Source: Andalucia godoyi And28
Lineage: Eukaryota > Protista > Jakobida
NCBI GenBank assembly: GCA_009859145.1
Contig: VRVR01000028.1
Location: 160,438-224,437, forward strand
Direction: 5' to 3'
Length of the DNA stretch: 64,000 bases
Below are positions 43,441 through 54,735 of the stretch, in pieces (position 1 is the first letter of the stretch; every line of letters begins with the position of its first letter). The notes beneath the pieces were generated by a model. The model had not been told where the DNA came from. It was given only the letters and a program-made list of their open reading frames with translations, and did no database searches. The position numbers and the translations under genes are program-made.

Positions 43441-46400
43441 TTAACGAACAAGCTTCAACACTTGTTCTGCAATGTCGCTCATGGCGGAGTCGTGCGAGGC
43501 CGCCAACGTCTGCAGAACATCGATCAGATTTCGGAAGCAAGCAGCGGACCTGAATAGAGACAGGTTCTTCGCGTCGTATGTAAGCGTATAGTAGAGTGTC
43601 CGTACTATACGGCGTGATCGAGCACCGCGCGTGCTCAACGCTGGAAGATCGTCGCGGAGGACATCGTTGAAAATGGAGAGCTTTGAATGTTCAAGGATCA
43701 CGGAGTGCGTAGACGGATAGATTTGAGCCGCGAGTTGGATGCAAAGAGCAGCCTTTTCTGATATCGGCTGATCATACAACGCATGCGACGAAAGAATGTC
43801 CATGAAAACTCCCACTGCGGACTTCAGTGGCTTGTTCTTTTCAATGCTCAGCTGCACAAACTTTTCATACTCGGCCGCTGCACTTGCGGCCTGTCCTTGC
43901 TGCTGCTGCTGCATGATTGCTTGGGAACACTGGTACATGAGGGTGGAAGCGAGCTCCAGGACAGGATCCAGGAAGTCTTCCAGTTCATTGTTCCACGCTC
44001 GTTCCAGCGATTTTGCAACCTTCCCAGGCAACTCATGCTTCAAAAGAAGCGACCGATCTACATCCTCCGATTGCACGATCTGCACAAACAGTCGAATAAG
44101 ATGAACATTGTGGTTGCGATGCGAAACATCAAGATAAGAAAGCAAAATCGGCATGATTTGCAGACGCACAAGCACCGATACCATCGCTGGATTTGCTTCG
44201 ACGAGCAGTGTCAGAAACTTAATACCATACAACGGAGTTGGTTCGGCGGCCTCGAGTACACGCTCAAACTGAGGAAGAATACTGCGGACCACCAGTTCAT
44301 TAATCCGCCGCGTGTTGGTCAGTTTCGGCTGCATCGCATCATACACGTTTGAAGACGGAGACAGGTACACCTGGAAAATGTCCATGATTTTCTTGAGCGC
44401 AAAGAATCGCACATCGTCGTGCACCTGAGCAGTCTGAGAGAGGATACTGATCAGTGCAGGAAGTAGGGTCCCCAGAATCGAAGTTTTCCAAGAAACAACA
44501 ATCTCTGGATCTTTGGTTACCTGCTCCAGGACCTGGAATGCAACGTGAACCTTGCGCAGAGCGGAGCCTGCCGGAGAGACCGACTCTGCAGATTGGAAAA
44601 AGCACGAAAGCGATTCAACCATATCCATGTCGAAGATCCTCTCCAAAAACAGTCTGCATTCTGCAAGTCTACATAAGAATACACTGTACTGCTCGAGTTG
44701 GTCATCGGTGAAAGACATCTGCTCCTTAAACAGCTGCAGTGCACACTGACGGCCGCGATGAACCAGTTGACCAACGACCAAATCGACAACCTCGGTAAGT
44801 TTCTTGTCCTTCTTGTCCGACGCGAGCTTTTCGATCGTAAGTGTGCACTTTTGCGCAATGGTAGACAGCGAAGACACATCTTGGATCGGCTGCTTGGAAT
44901 CTGACCTATCCGACACATTCAACAGCAAGACATGCAAATGGCCCACGGCCTTGATGCGAATAACCGGTGACGAGTGCATCATCAACCTACTGAGCGAAGC
45001 CGCATGTTCTGAAAAGCCCATTTGCAACAGCTGAGACGACCAGAAGGCACCTTTGGACGACAGACAAGCAGCGTTGACAATGTTGAATGCATGTTGCTGA
45101 ACGCCAACAACGGAGTCGTCCATCAGTGACGCAACCCTTTTCAATCCGACTCTCACAACAACGGCATTCGCAAAATCAGTTGAGATGCGGGACATGCGAC
45201 CCACCGTCGAAATGACCGTGGCCCGCAGCAGCTCAAGACCGGCAGCGGATAGATCGTGCGTTCCTTGACTTTGTGATCCTGAGAAAAACGGCACGGCAGC
45301 ATTCACAATCGCATCACTAGCAAACAATCGAGAAAACTCGCGGTTCTCTGTACACACGTTCTCAAGAACCTTCCACGTGTAAAGCTGAACAATGCCATCT
45401 TCCGTGGGGCGCAGACATCGGATCATCGCAGAATGGCATCCCTTTGGGATTGCCCACGCGCTTGCAGCATTGTCCGGGCTGTCTTCCTGCTGAGAATTCG
45501 CGATGACGTAGAAGCACAGTTCCCCCATGCATGCCATCGCCCGTCTCCTGACCTTGTTTTGATGATCAGAGCACAGCTCGGCAAGGGTCTGCAGAATCTG
45601 CGAATCTTGCAGCGCGGAATCAATGAACGTCGCATACCGAATCACCAAACCCATTATTGTGCACAGTCGGGAGCGGATTGTGGACGATTTGAAGGCCTTC
45701 AGAACCTTCACAAAGAGATGCATCAACGAAGAATTCACAATCAAGTTTGCCGAGCGAGAATCTGTGCACAATGACTGAAAATACGTCAGCATGTTCATCT
45801 TTTCGGACAAGTTTGTCTTTCCGGTAATGCACCTGTAGATCTTGGTTAGGAACGTTTCGATGTCCGGTGTACTCAGCGCCAGGAGTTCACTGACAGAGTA
45901 CGGTTGGACGGGAAGCATCTTGGGATCAAAGTCCGTCTCATCTGGTTTTTCAATCTTTGGATTTCCCACAATTGGTCGCACCGTGTTGTCGTGCTGTCCG
46001 AACAAGATGCGATCGAGGGATTCTGGAACTGGCTGATGTGCCACCTTCTGCAGGTTATCCAATTCCAAAGCAGCTGACTGCGGCCTTTTGAGCACAGCAG
46101 ATTTCTTCAGAGACGCACTGGAGCCTGGCTGTTGCGACGACGTCTGCTGATGCTGCGCCACATTGGATTGGATGCGCTGCTGCGGCTGATCATCCTCCAG
46201 CTGTTCCGAAGCAAACTCTTCGTCCTCGGTAGGAACATCGGACGATTCGTCAGACGACGCCACCGCAGACGCATTTCCAAAGTCAATCGCTGTGTTGGAA
46301 TTCATGTCAAGCACCTGCGAAGCTCGCAACGCCTTCATGACATTCTTATCCAGCGATGCTCGAGTAAATTTGGAAGTAAAATATTTTGAAAACTCTTCCT

Positions 46401-47223
46401 TGAATGGGTACTCGGGCATGTCGAGAGCTGCGGGGACAGCAGCGGTGGAAGCGCTCCAGAACGGATGTCTCAGCAACTCGGGCCATTTGATCCGAGCGAG
46501 CGGATTCTTATGCAGCAGTCTCTCCAGCAAATCCTGGAAACTGTCTGAGAACCCCGGAGGCAATTTTGGAACGGGATCATCCAATATCCGAGACGCCAGT
46601 TCCTCGAAATTGTTCGAGTAAAACGGTGTTTTCCCGACAGCCAGTTCATACAACAAGCAACCAAAGGCCCAAAAATCCGAAGCTGTTGAAAAATAAACCT
46701 GCGCGTCGAACAGCTCAGGAGCCATGTATGCAGGAGTGCCCTTAACCGATTGACCAGACGCAGCATTCAGCTTTGCATTTGCGAACTTTCTCGCAAAGCC
46801 AAAATCTGCAAGCTTCAAAATCCCAAATCCATCGACGAGTATGTTCGATGGTTTCAAATCGCAGAGCAGAACGCCTTGAGAATGCACGTACTGAAGCCCC
46901 GTGAGAATATCGACGCCTAGCGTTCGAACCGTGAATTCCGGCAAATGTCCATCCTGCAGCAGCAACGACAGCACATCGCCTCCCGTGCACAGCTCCAGCA
47001 CAAGCCAAATGTGATTTGTTGTTTCGTACCACTCAACAAACTTTAAAATGTTTGGATGCCGAAGTGGATACAGGATCTTAACTTCAGATAGAATCTTTTC
47101 CTTGTTCTGCGCCTTGTCCACAGACTTGATTGCGTAGTACGAAACGGTGCTTTTCTTACGGCCCTTGTACACTACGGAATGCGGTCCACGTCCGATTTCC
47201 CCATAAATCTGATAATTATTCAT
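43441..47223 (-). CDS. ULK4: ULK4/RUNKEL kinase-like protein with ARM/HEAT repeats
   Basis: MNNYQIYGEIGRG.HSVVYKGRKK...YAIKSVDK, HPNILKFVEWYETTNHIWLV, LCDLKPSNIL and C-terminal helical repeats. Confidence 0.92.
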   Translation of the reverse strand: MNNYQIYGEIGRGPHSVVYKGRKKSTVSYYAIKSVDKAQNKEKILSEVKILYPLRHPNILKFVEWYETTNHIWLVLELCTGGDVLSLLLQDGHLPEFTVRTLGVDILTGLQYVHSQGVLLCDLKPSNILVDGFGILKLADFGFARKFANAKLNAASGQSVKGTPAYMAPELFDAQVYFSTASDFWAFGCLLYELAVGKTPFYSNNFEELASRILDDPVPKLPPGFSDSFQDLLERLLHKNPLARIKWPELLRHPFWSASTAAVPAALDMPEYPFKEEFSKYFTSKFTRASLDKNVMKALRASQVLDMNSNTAIDFGNASAVASSDESSDVPTEDEEFASEQLEDDQPQQRIQSNVAQHQQTSSQQPGSSASLKKSAVLKRPQSAALELDNLQKVAHQPVPESLDRILFGQHDNTVRPIVGNPKIEKPDETDFDPKMLPVQPYSVSELLALSTPDIETFLTKIYRCITGKTNLSEKMNMLTYFQSLCTDSRSANLIVNSSLMHLFVKVLKAFKSSTIRSRLCTIMGLVIRYATFIDSALQDSQILQTLAELCSDHQNKVRRRAMACMGELCFYVIANSQQEDSPDNAASAWAIPKGCHSAMIRCLRPTEDGIVQLYTWKVLENVCTENREFSRLFASDAIVNAAVPFFSGSQSQGTHDLSAAGLELLRATVISTVGRMSRISTDFANAVVVRVGLKRVASLMDDSVVGVQQHAFNIVNAACLSSKGAFWSSQLLQMGFSEHAASLSRLMMHSSPVIRIKAVGHLHVLLLNVSDRSDSKQPIQDVSSLSTIAQKCTLTIEKLASDKKDKKLTEVVDLVVGQLVHRGRQCALQLFKEQMSFTDDQLEQYSVFLCRLAECRLFLERIFDMDMVESLSCFFQSAESVSPAGSALRKVHVAFQVLEQVTKDPEIVVSWKTSILGTLLPALISILSQTAQVHDDVRFFALKKIMDIFQVYLSPSSNVYDAMQPKLTNTRRINELVVRSILPQFERVLEAAEPTPLYGIKFLTLLVEANPAMVSVLVRLQIMPILLSYLDVSHRNHNVHLIRLFVQIVQSEDVDRSLLLKHELPGKVAKSLERAWNNELEDFLDPVLELASTLMYQCSQAIMQQQQQGQAASAAAEYEKFVQLSIEKNKPLKSAVGVFMDILSSHALYDQPISEKAALCIQLAAQIYPSTHSVILEHSKLSIFNDVLRDDLPALSTRGARSRRIVRTLYYTLTYDAKNLSLFRSAACFRNLIDVLQTLAASHDSAMSDIAEQVLKLVR

Positions 47224-47752
47224 TGCACTCGAAAGGCTAAAGTAGTCATGCAGTGACTCTGAGCAAGGGACTGTGTGAGCGAGTGAGAGAACCGAAGCCA
47301 AGTCTGAACGCACGAAACATCACACACGCTTGTTTATTTCCCAACCCAGGAACGTAGCTGGTGTCCTGAAAACCCTTGTGATCTCGACAAAAAGCCAGCC
47401 ATCGCCCCAGCATCAACCATCAAGCCCTCTCCTCCAGAATCAAACCCATGCATCCTCAAGCATCAAGCATACCTGTTTTGACAAGCTGACTGCTGTACCG
47501 CCCGCCACTTTCCGTTACGCGGGTCTCTCAATTCCGAATTCGGGGTTCTCTCTCGTCCAGTTATTGCATGTTGATCGAACGCTCTCTTTTCTCTTTTTCT
47601 TTCGTGTTTATAATTTTCTTCTCCTTTTATTTTACTCTCCTCCTTTTTCTTTTGTCACATTTCATTTTCTTTTCCTTTGCAATTTCAACAGGAGAGGAAA
47701 AGGGAGACGTACAGAGCACAGAGAGACAGAGAGTGAGTGAGAGAGTGAGTGA

Positions 47753-47755
<3 letters not shown>

Positions 47756-47797
<42 letters not shown>
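47756..47797. repeat. (GA)n microsatellite just upstream of the CDK1 ATG
   Basis: About 21 GA units. Confidence 0.95.
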
Positions 47798-47800
<3 letters not shown>

Positions 47801-47810
47801 CATACACACT

Positions 47811-48713
47811 ATGGCGACTGCACTTGAGAGATACCGCAAGATTGAAAAGATCGGAGAGGGTACATATGGAGTTGTGTACAAGGCCGAGGATAAGGACACT
47901 GGACTTATTGTTGCGCTCAAGAAGATTCGACTTGAGAATGAAGACGAGGGTGTTCCGTCGACTGCAATTCGCGAGATTTCGCTGTTGAAGGAACTGAACC
48001 ATCCGAACGTGGTTCGTTTGCTGGAAGTTGTGCATTCAGACAACAAACTGCAGTTAGTCTTTGAGTTTCTGGACCAGGATCTCAAGCACTACATGGACCG
48101 TGCAGATGCGGCTTCGTTCACTCCGATGCTCATCAAGTCGTACATGTTCCAGATCCTGAAGGGGCTTTCGTTCTGCCATTCGCACCGCATCTTGCACCGC
48201 GATCTCAAGCCGCAGAACATGCTGATCGACCGCTCTGGTGTCATCAAGCTCGCGGACTTTGGTCTTGCTCGCGCATTCAACGTTCCTCTGCGTACGTACA
48301 CCCATGAAGTGGTTACCCTGTGGTACCGTGCGCCGGAAGTCCTTCTGGGATCCAAGCACTACTCGACCCCCGTGGACATGTGGTCCGTTGGCTGCATCTT
48401 TGCAGAGCTCGTTACGCGCACCCCGCTCTTCCCGGGAGACTCGGAAATCGACGAGCTGTACAGAATTTTCCGCATCATGGGTACTCCAACCGAGCAGGTC
48501 TGGCCCGGGTTTGACGCACTGCCGGACCGCATGGCTGCGTTCCCAAGCTGGAGACAACGAGACCTTCGCGAAATCGTGCCGGGTCTATGTGACGAGGGAA
48601 TGGACCTCCTGATCAAGATGCTGACGTATGATCCTGCTCGGCGAATCTCCGCCAAAGCTGCACTGGACCATCCGTACTTTGCGGATCTCGACAAGACCCG
48701 ATTCAACTACTAA
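47811..48713 (+). CDS. CDK1: Cyclin-dependent kinase, PSTAIRE type (CDK1/2)
   Basis: [37 protein letters not shown] and [16 protein letters not shown]. Confidence 0.98.
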   Translation: MATALERYRKIEKIGEGTYGVVYKAEDKDTGLIVALKKIRLENEDEGVPSTAIREISLLKELNHPNVVRLLEVVHSDNKLQLVFEFLDQDLKHYMDRADAASFTPMLIKSYMFQILKGLSFCHSHRILHRDLKPQNMLIDRSGVIKLADFGLARAFNVPLRTYTHEVVTLWYRAPEVLLGSKHYSTPVDMWSVGCIFAELVTRTPLFPGDSEIDELYRIFRIMGTPTEQVWPGFDALPDRMAAFPSWRQRDLREIVPGLCDEGMDLLIKMLTYDPARRISAKAALDHPYFADLDKTRFNY

Positions 48714-49008
48714 CCGGGCTTCTTTTTCCCCGTCCTTTCACCAACCCCCATCCAAGCAGCACTTTTCAACGCAGACGTCTAAAGAAAGGAGGGGGAGGAG
48801 GAGAAGAACGGAGGGAGGGAAAAAAAAACAACAACTAACTCAAATGCTTAGTAAATGAAAAATGTTTCCAAGAAGACAGTACCCTCCACTCCGCTGATTT
48901 CAATCTTTGAAAAGAAAAAAGGAAAGGAGAATCGACTGCATGAAAAATGGTTTTCTTTTTTAAAAAGCCTATCATGAACGAACAGAGCAGAAACGCAAGA
49001 CGCAAATC

Positions 49009-50775
49009 TCACCATGCAAAGTACTCATAATGAACTTCCGACGGTGCGACGCCAAGAACCTGGTCAAGACAGCGGGCAACAATGGGAGTCATGACGGGCG
49101 GACCGCAGAACCAGTAGCTGCAGTGGGAATTGCGCACGTCAGTTTCTTTGAGAAACAAATCTCGAACAAGATCGTTTCCAAAGAATCCTTGCCGAGCGTG
49201 CTGGACCAACAACTCTCCGACACCCATTGCTTCCCGTTCGGCAGCAGTGCTCTCTGATTGCAGTTTGATCCACTGCGCGCAGGCATCCTTGACTGAGAAC
49301 AGAAGGACGACTCGGAAGGCTGTTGGATCGCGGTGATGATCCGTAAAGATACGGTGAATATCCGAGAAGAGTCTGAGAAACGCTGGTGAAAGATCTCGAC
49401 CATCTTTGATTCCCCAGATGAGAGTCGCCTTCTTTGGCAACCGGTGCTTCGGTAAATGGCGCATTCCCTCGAGCCACGACAGGAACGGAGTCACCCCTAC
49501 TCCTCCAGCAATCATCACGACATGATCGCCATGAGAAACAGCCGTGTCTAGCAGGAACGCACCGTACGGCCCTTCGACATGTACATATTCACCAACTTTC
49601 CACGACGGAACAACATTGGAGAAGCGGCCACCAGGCATCGTCTTGATCGTGAACTGCAGCGGCTGATCGGGCGCAGAGCTAATGGTGAATGGATGTGGCT
49701 CCGACCAGCCAAGTCCGACTGAATGTAGCATTGGTCGGACCACCGGAGACGCAATATCCTTTGAGATAATCGCAAACTGTCCGGCTCGTTGACCCGCAAG
49801 CGAATGCTGGCCTCGGTGACTGTCCAATGTCACTCGCGTCACATCATACGTGAGCTTCTCAACCTTTTGAATTCGTCGGATTTGATGCGTCCCCATCATG
49901 CCTGCAAGATCTGCTGTGCGATACGCCATTGTAAATGCAAAGGCGGCAATATTGGCGTAGACGGTCAGTCTCTTCATCTTGGCATTCACGGCTTTGGGCG
50001 ACATCATGGCCAATGCATGTGCATATGCGCAGAGGGTCGCAGCGTACGCAAGATAGTGCACGGGCTTCCACACCATATGTGGCAAATAGCCCTTTCGAAC
50101 TGGCAGTCGCCGCGCCAAGGCCGTGACCACAATCAACACCATGAGCCATATTGCCGATCTTCCGAGAAGCAGCCCACGCAGTCCCGTGGTCGTCGTGAGG
50201 TACGCTGCAGCCTGGAGAAGACCACCCCGCACATTTAGAAACGGGAATTGAGGAGACAGGCTCCAGTTCACAAACTTGGAGGCTTTCAGCACGCCGTGCA
50301 TCGACGCCAACCCGATCGCTGCATAACCCAACAACCGATGAAACGCAAGTGTCTTATCCAGTCCAAACGTCTTTTCGAAAACAGGAAGTCGCGCTCCGAG
50401 GATTGCCTGTGCGGTCATCATCTCCAAGGCCTGCAATCCCGCTGCATTGGAAATCGTCCTTCTCCACGGCTCACGAGACGAGGATCGCGACATCAGCGAA
50501 AGCATAAGCGATCCCACAAAGGGCGATGCAGATCCCACAAGGTACAGCTTCTTGATGAATTCATGGAAAACCCGTCTTCGCTTGATGGATCTGTGGGAAT
50601 CTGTACGGTCAAAGTTAGCCTGAGCAGGCGGCTGCGAAGACGCCACAAAATCCAGCGACTGGAACTGAGCAACGAGCTCCCGCAGCTGCGGAATCAGCTC
50701 GGAAGGGTTCAAATGGCCTGACAAGACGTGTAAGCGAGTAACGGGGCGCGAGTCTCCTGACTTTCCCCGAGGCAT
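49009..50775 (-). CDS. Ferric-reductase-like membrane flavocytochrome (transmembrane, FAD and NAD(P)H domains) with N-terminal PTS2-like motif
   Basis: FGLDKTLAFHRLLG, WKPVHYLAY, HPFTISS, VEGPYG, AGGVGVTPF, FCGPP and C-terminal HYEYFAW. Confidence 0.88.
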   Translation of the reverse strand: MPRGKSGDSRPVTRLHVLSGHLNPSELIPQLRELVAQFQSLDFVASSQPPAQANFDRTDSHRSIKRRRVFHEFIKKLYLVGSASPFVGSLMLSLMSRSSSREPWRRTISNAAGLQALEMMTAQAILGARLPVFEKTFGLDKTLAFHRLLGYAAIGLASMHGVLKASKFVNWSLSPQFPFLNVRGGLLQAAAYLTTTTGLRGLLLGRSAIWLMVLIVVTALARRLPVRKGYLPHMVWKPVHYLAYAATLCAYAHALAMMSPKAVNAKMKRLTVYANIAAFAFTMAYRTADLAGMMGTHQIRRIQKVEKLTYDVTRVTLDSHRGQHSLAGQRAGQFAIISKDIASPVVRPMLHSVGLGWSEPHPFTISSAPDQPLQFTIKTMPGGRFSNVVPSWKVGEYVHVEGPYGAFLLDTAVSHGDHVVMIAGGVGVTPFLSWLEGMRHLPKHRLPKKATLIWGIKDGRDLSPAFLRLFSDIHRIFTDHHRDPTAFRVVLLFSVKDACAQWIKLQSESTAAEREAMGVGELLVQHARQGFFGNDLVRDLFLKETDVRNSHCSYWFCGPPVMTPIVARCLDQVLGVAPSEVHYEYFAW

Positions 50776-51093
50776 ACGATTCCTCAATAACGGTCCAAAA
50801 ACACACGCAATCTTGCAGAATGCAGAAATGGAAAAAGAAGGAGAAAAATTTTAAAATAAAAGGTGACGAACTACAAAAAAAATAATAGAATGAAGAATAG
50901 AAAAGGACAATATTGGATTGCAGAAGCTGCGTAGTGCGTACTTTGAGATATTCGTTTGGGGTCGAAAATCACCCTTGTCAATTCATCATCACCACGCATC
51001 AATAATGCACTACAGTATCCCCTACGCGCAGAGTTGACCGACATTTCCTGTCGTAGTGGAGCCATACTTCCCAAGACTTTGCGGGCTGTGAAA

Positions 51094-51527
51094 CGGCTAC
51101 ATTATACACTGAACATGCTGCATATCTACGAATAGACATGCATATTCAATCTTGCATCCCGTTGCCGCGAAGGGGATAGGCTCCAACACGCCTCACGGCG
51201 CTCTTCAGATAAATGTTCCGCGCTCCGTTCCCAATCTCGATCAATCGGTGAGCCACTTTCTCAGCGTGACACGTTGTTCCTGAGAAGGGTGCATTTTTTT
51301 GATTCTGACGGCCCTGGCAGCAGGCGCTTTCGTGTCCTCAGTTGCAGCGATTGATGCACCTGGAGATACGAGATCGTGTCTTGGCAGTGCGCTGAACGAA
51401 TGATGGATGGCTACGCGCAAGCACGAATTCCTGTGAAACAAACGTGCTACTGTCGGCCAGTATTGACCGTGTCTGCTCATGTATACTCCCCCGTATGCAT
51501 GACAATGACGTGCTATTATTCAACGGC
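51094..51527 (-). repeat. Dispersed element family A, copy A4, inverted, with substituted middle (51254-51393)
   Basis: 51094-51253 and 51394-51527 match family A ends; the interior is unrelated. Confidence 0.88.
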
Positions 51528-51598
51528 ATGATTCATCTCGTCACTTCGGTTGGAGACAAGACCTTTCAGATGTCCGACGGTGCGCATTTCGGATGATG

Positions 51599-51764
51599 GA
51601 TCGGACATGATTATGGGACGGTGCGGGCAACATTTATCGTAGGTTGGGGCCTGTCCTCTTTCCCCGCCCCTTTCCGTCAATGCACAACACAGTCCGGGTT
51701 GCACCACTGGTTGATGACCCGTCGCCAGCAATGACTGTGAATGTATGATTAGTGTGCAATGAGC
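51599..51764 (+). repeat. Degenerate core-only copy (B3) of the shared A/B 3' module
   Basis: acggtgcgggcaacatttatcgtagg, tggggcctg, gtcaatgc, gggttgca and attagtgtgcaatg occur in the same order as in B1. Confidence 0.7.
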
Positions 51765-52056
51765 GCGAATTTGTAGGTTGGCGCGCGAATCCGAGGGAAA
51801 AAAATATAACTCGATGGGGGAAACACTTGACGAACGACGAATTTACGATGGGGCAACTGGGACATCAACATTCAAAAGAAAAGAAAAAAGAACAGCATGA
51901 CAGCATGCATAAGGTGTGCACGATGAATATGAGGAAAACTCTTGAGAGCGAAGGAGCAGCGAAACACGGGTGGGGTGGGCTAAAGGAGAGACTGGGGGGC
52001 ACCTCGGGGCAAGACAAAACAAACACGCACTTATGTACAGTAGCGACGAAAGGGAT

Positions 52057-54270
52057 TTACTCTTTGTCCTGCACAGCTTCCGTGCAATCCTTGTCTGCGT
52101 CATCACCATCAGCGTTGATGGTCCTCGCTTGCTGCGTCTCCTGCTTTTTGACAACCACCTTGATTCCCTTTTGAGCAGGCTCGGTAGATACAGTTTTCGC
52201 TTCCTCGTCCTTCTTGGGACTCGGTTTCCGCTTTTTGGAACGAGGCTTCGAAGCTTCCGTCTCTGAGTCGTTGTCCACGTCCCCGTCGTCGGCCGAGGAA
52301 CCGTCACCATCAAGCATCCGATCATCTGCTTCCATTGCAGCAATCATTGCAAGGTCTTCCGCAAGCTCGTCTGCTTCTGATCGACGGACGCGCGGTTTGG
52401 ATCGCGACTGTCCGTCCGATGGTCGCTGGCGTTTTCGACCTGCCTTGTCAGCAGTGGTGGACGAGGCCTCAAGCATCACTGCAACGACAGCCTCGTTTCC
52501 ATGCGACAAGGCGACTTCCAATGGACAGACGCCCTCTGCATCGGGCTTCTGTGGCGAGCCACCGAGACTGATGAATAGCCGTGCTGCGATAACGTTTCCC
52601 GTTACAGCGGCAGCAAACAACGGCTTCTGCACATCTCCGGAAATTTGCTTGCCATTTTCGCTTCCAAGAATTTGAACGACCTCTTCGGACGCGCCGTTCT
52701 CAATGGCATCTGCTACAAAATCAGAAGGAATCTTTCGAACATGCTTGAGAAGATTGCGCAGTATTTCTGGAGAATTGACAGCAACCGCAGCCTGGAGACA
52801 CACAATCTGGACTTTGCATCCACGCAGCTTGAGCAGCTCCTCCACCACGTCTCCCTTTTGAAGAACGATCGCTAAAATCAGCGCCGTAATCTCAACAGCC
52901 ATTTTGGAAGACGCTAGTGGCACCAACGTGCTGGCCTCTGCTGCTGCTTCCTCAGCATCGTTGTGCAGGTCGCCATCTGCGTATCCAATATCGCCATCAT
53001 CATCATCGTCATCAGCGTCGTCGTCACTCTCGTCGTCGAAATTGTCGCTGCTTTTCGCAGTTTGCTCCCGAAAAGCCTGCAACTGTTGAATGACATCGCC
53101 AGACAGCATCACTGTCTCGCAAAGGCCGGGATCAACGTCGCCTGCTTCTACCAGTCCAAGAAACTGCTCCACCGATCCCTTCAGAATGGTGTTGTGAAGA
53201 GTCGCCGACGGTTCGAAAGCCAGGTTCCCGGACTTCATCAGCGCAAGAATACAGGGAAGTCTCTCCTGCTCATTGACAATCGTCAGCGACTTGTCTCTTC
53301 GACGCTTTGGCACGACAACCTCCGCCATATCCACATCATCGTCCTCAGAGTCTTCGATGTCCAACTCTTCCTCTTCCTCCTCCACATTCGATGCCTTACG
53401 AACCGTCTTCGCGCGTGGCTTCTTCTCCGGCGTCCTGGAGTTTTTCTGGTCCTGCATTTTGCGGGCTTTGACTATCCTCGGCTCAGCCTTTCCCTTCACA
53501 AGCCCTCTGGGCGTCGTTGCCACCTGTTTCTTCGACCCCTGGTTGCCCGGGGATGCGGATCCTCCTTGCGCATCTTTTGGAGCAATGGACTTCACGCTTG
53601 TCTGCAACGGTTTGGCAACCGATGCAGAATTAGATTTCTGATTGGTCAGCTCACCCTCGCACTCTTCGGCGACGGTTTTCTCGTCAGCCGCCTTTTCTTC
53701 TTCGTCATCGTTGTCTTCCTCCTTTCCCTTCTGCGACACCTTTTTCGCAACGGAAAGTTTTGTCTTTGCAATTGCCGGCTTTTTGTTGTTTTTGGATTCC
53801 TCACGCTGGCGGGCATCCTCAGACTTTGATTTTGAATTTTCCTTGTCCGCTTCTTCATCTTTGGTGATTTTCTTCTCGTCCTCGTCCTCGTCCTCATGTG
53901 CATCTTCGTCCTTGACCGCCGACGCAGCCGTCTTCTTTGCAGGAAGAACAGGCTTCAAGGTCTTTGTCGGTACGTTCACTTTCCGGACAGTAAAAGCCTT
54001 CTTCACGACAGGACGCTCTTCTGAAGACTTTGGGTTCACTTCTTTTGGAGACGCAGCTGGGGATCCTGCCCCCGCAGTATCATCATCACTGACGGGTCCC
54101 TGTGCCTCTTCGGATGCAGGGTCTTTGGGCTTAGGAACTGTCTTCTCTTTCACAGCATTTTTCGCAACAGGTTCTTTGTTTTCCGTTTGAACTTTTCTTG
54201 CGGGAGCTTTGAAGGGCTTCTTTGCACCAGTGACAACAAGCTTTGAGGAATCAGCCAGGACAGTAGGCAT
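52057..54270 (-). CDS. Lys/Glu/Asp-rich disordered protein with C-terminal ankyrin-like repeats
   Basis: KPLFAAAVTGNVIAARLFISLGGSP...DAEGVCPLEVALSHGNEAVVAVMLE; 739-codon ORF. Confidence 0.75.
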   Translation of the reverse strand: MPTVLADSSKLVVTGAKKPFKAPARKVQTENKEPVAKNAVKEKTVPKPKDPASEEAQGPVSDDDTAGAGSPAASPKEVNPKSSEERPVVKKAFTVRKVNVPTKTLKPVLPAKKTAASAVKDEDAHEDEDEDEKKITKDEEADKENSKSKSEDARQREESKNNKKPAIAKTKLSVAKKVSQKGKEEDNDDEEEKAADEKTVAEECEGELTNQKSNSASVAKPLQTSVKSIAPKDAQGGSASPGNQGSKKQVATTPRGLVKGKAEPRIVKARKMQDQKNSRTPEKKPRAKTVRKASNVEEEEEELDIEDSEDDDVDMAEVVVPKRRRDKSLTIVNEQERLPCILALMKSGNLAFEPSATLHNTILKGSVEQFLGLVEAGDVDPGLCETVMLSGDVIQQLQAFREQTAKSSDNFDDESDDDADDDDDDGDIGYADGDLHNDAEEAAAEASTLVPLASSKMAVEITALILAIVLQKGDVVEELLKLRGCKVQIVCLQAAVAVNSPEILRNLLKHVRKIPSDFVADAIENGASEEVVQILGSENGKQISGDVQKPLFAAAVTGNVIAARLFISLGGSPQKPDAEGVCPLEVALSHGNEAVVAVMLEASSTTADKAGRKRQRPSDGQSRSKPRVRRSEADELAEDLAMIAAMEADDRMLDGDGSSADDGDVDNDSETEASKPRSKKRKPSPKKDEEAKTVSTEPAQKGIKVVVKKQETQQARTINADGDDADKDCTEAVQDKE

Positions 54271-54326
54271 CTTCAAGGGTTCTTTTCTTTGCCAACTTGA
54301 AAAAAGTCAAAGCTACAAGTTGAAAG

Positions 54327-54434
<108 letters not shown>

Positions 54435-54662
54435 AAAAGAGAAAAGGGGAAAGAAAGAAACTATGAAAGCGGAGAAGAAGGATTTTAAAGACACGAAATG
54501 CGAATTCCGAATTCAGACGGAAAACACGATCGAGTCTGTGGTCAGGCGGACTCACACAGTCTCCCGCCAGATCGAGATTGCGCGGGGAAATAGGGTCCGG
54601 CGCTTGAGCTGCTTGCTGCATCATGTGGGTGAGTCGTGGGTTGAGACATGGCGAGCACCGCA

Positions 54663-54735
54663 GCCTCTGTAGCTTAGGCGGTAGAGCGCAACACTAGTAA
54701 TGTTGAGGTCGTCGGTTCGATTCCGACCGGAGGCA
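54663..54735 (+). tRNA. tRNA-Thr(AGT)
   Basis: Cloverleaf: acceptor GCCTCTG/CGGAGGC, D-arm GCTT/GAGC, anticodon arm CAACA-CTAGTAA-TGTTG, T-arm GTCGG-TTCGATT-CCGAC; T-run downstream. Confidence 0.97.
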
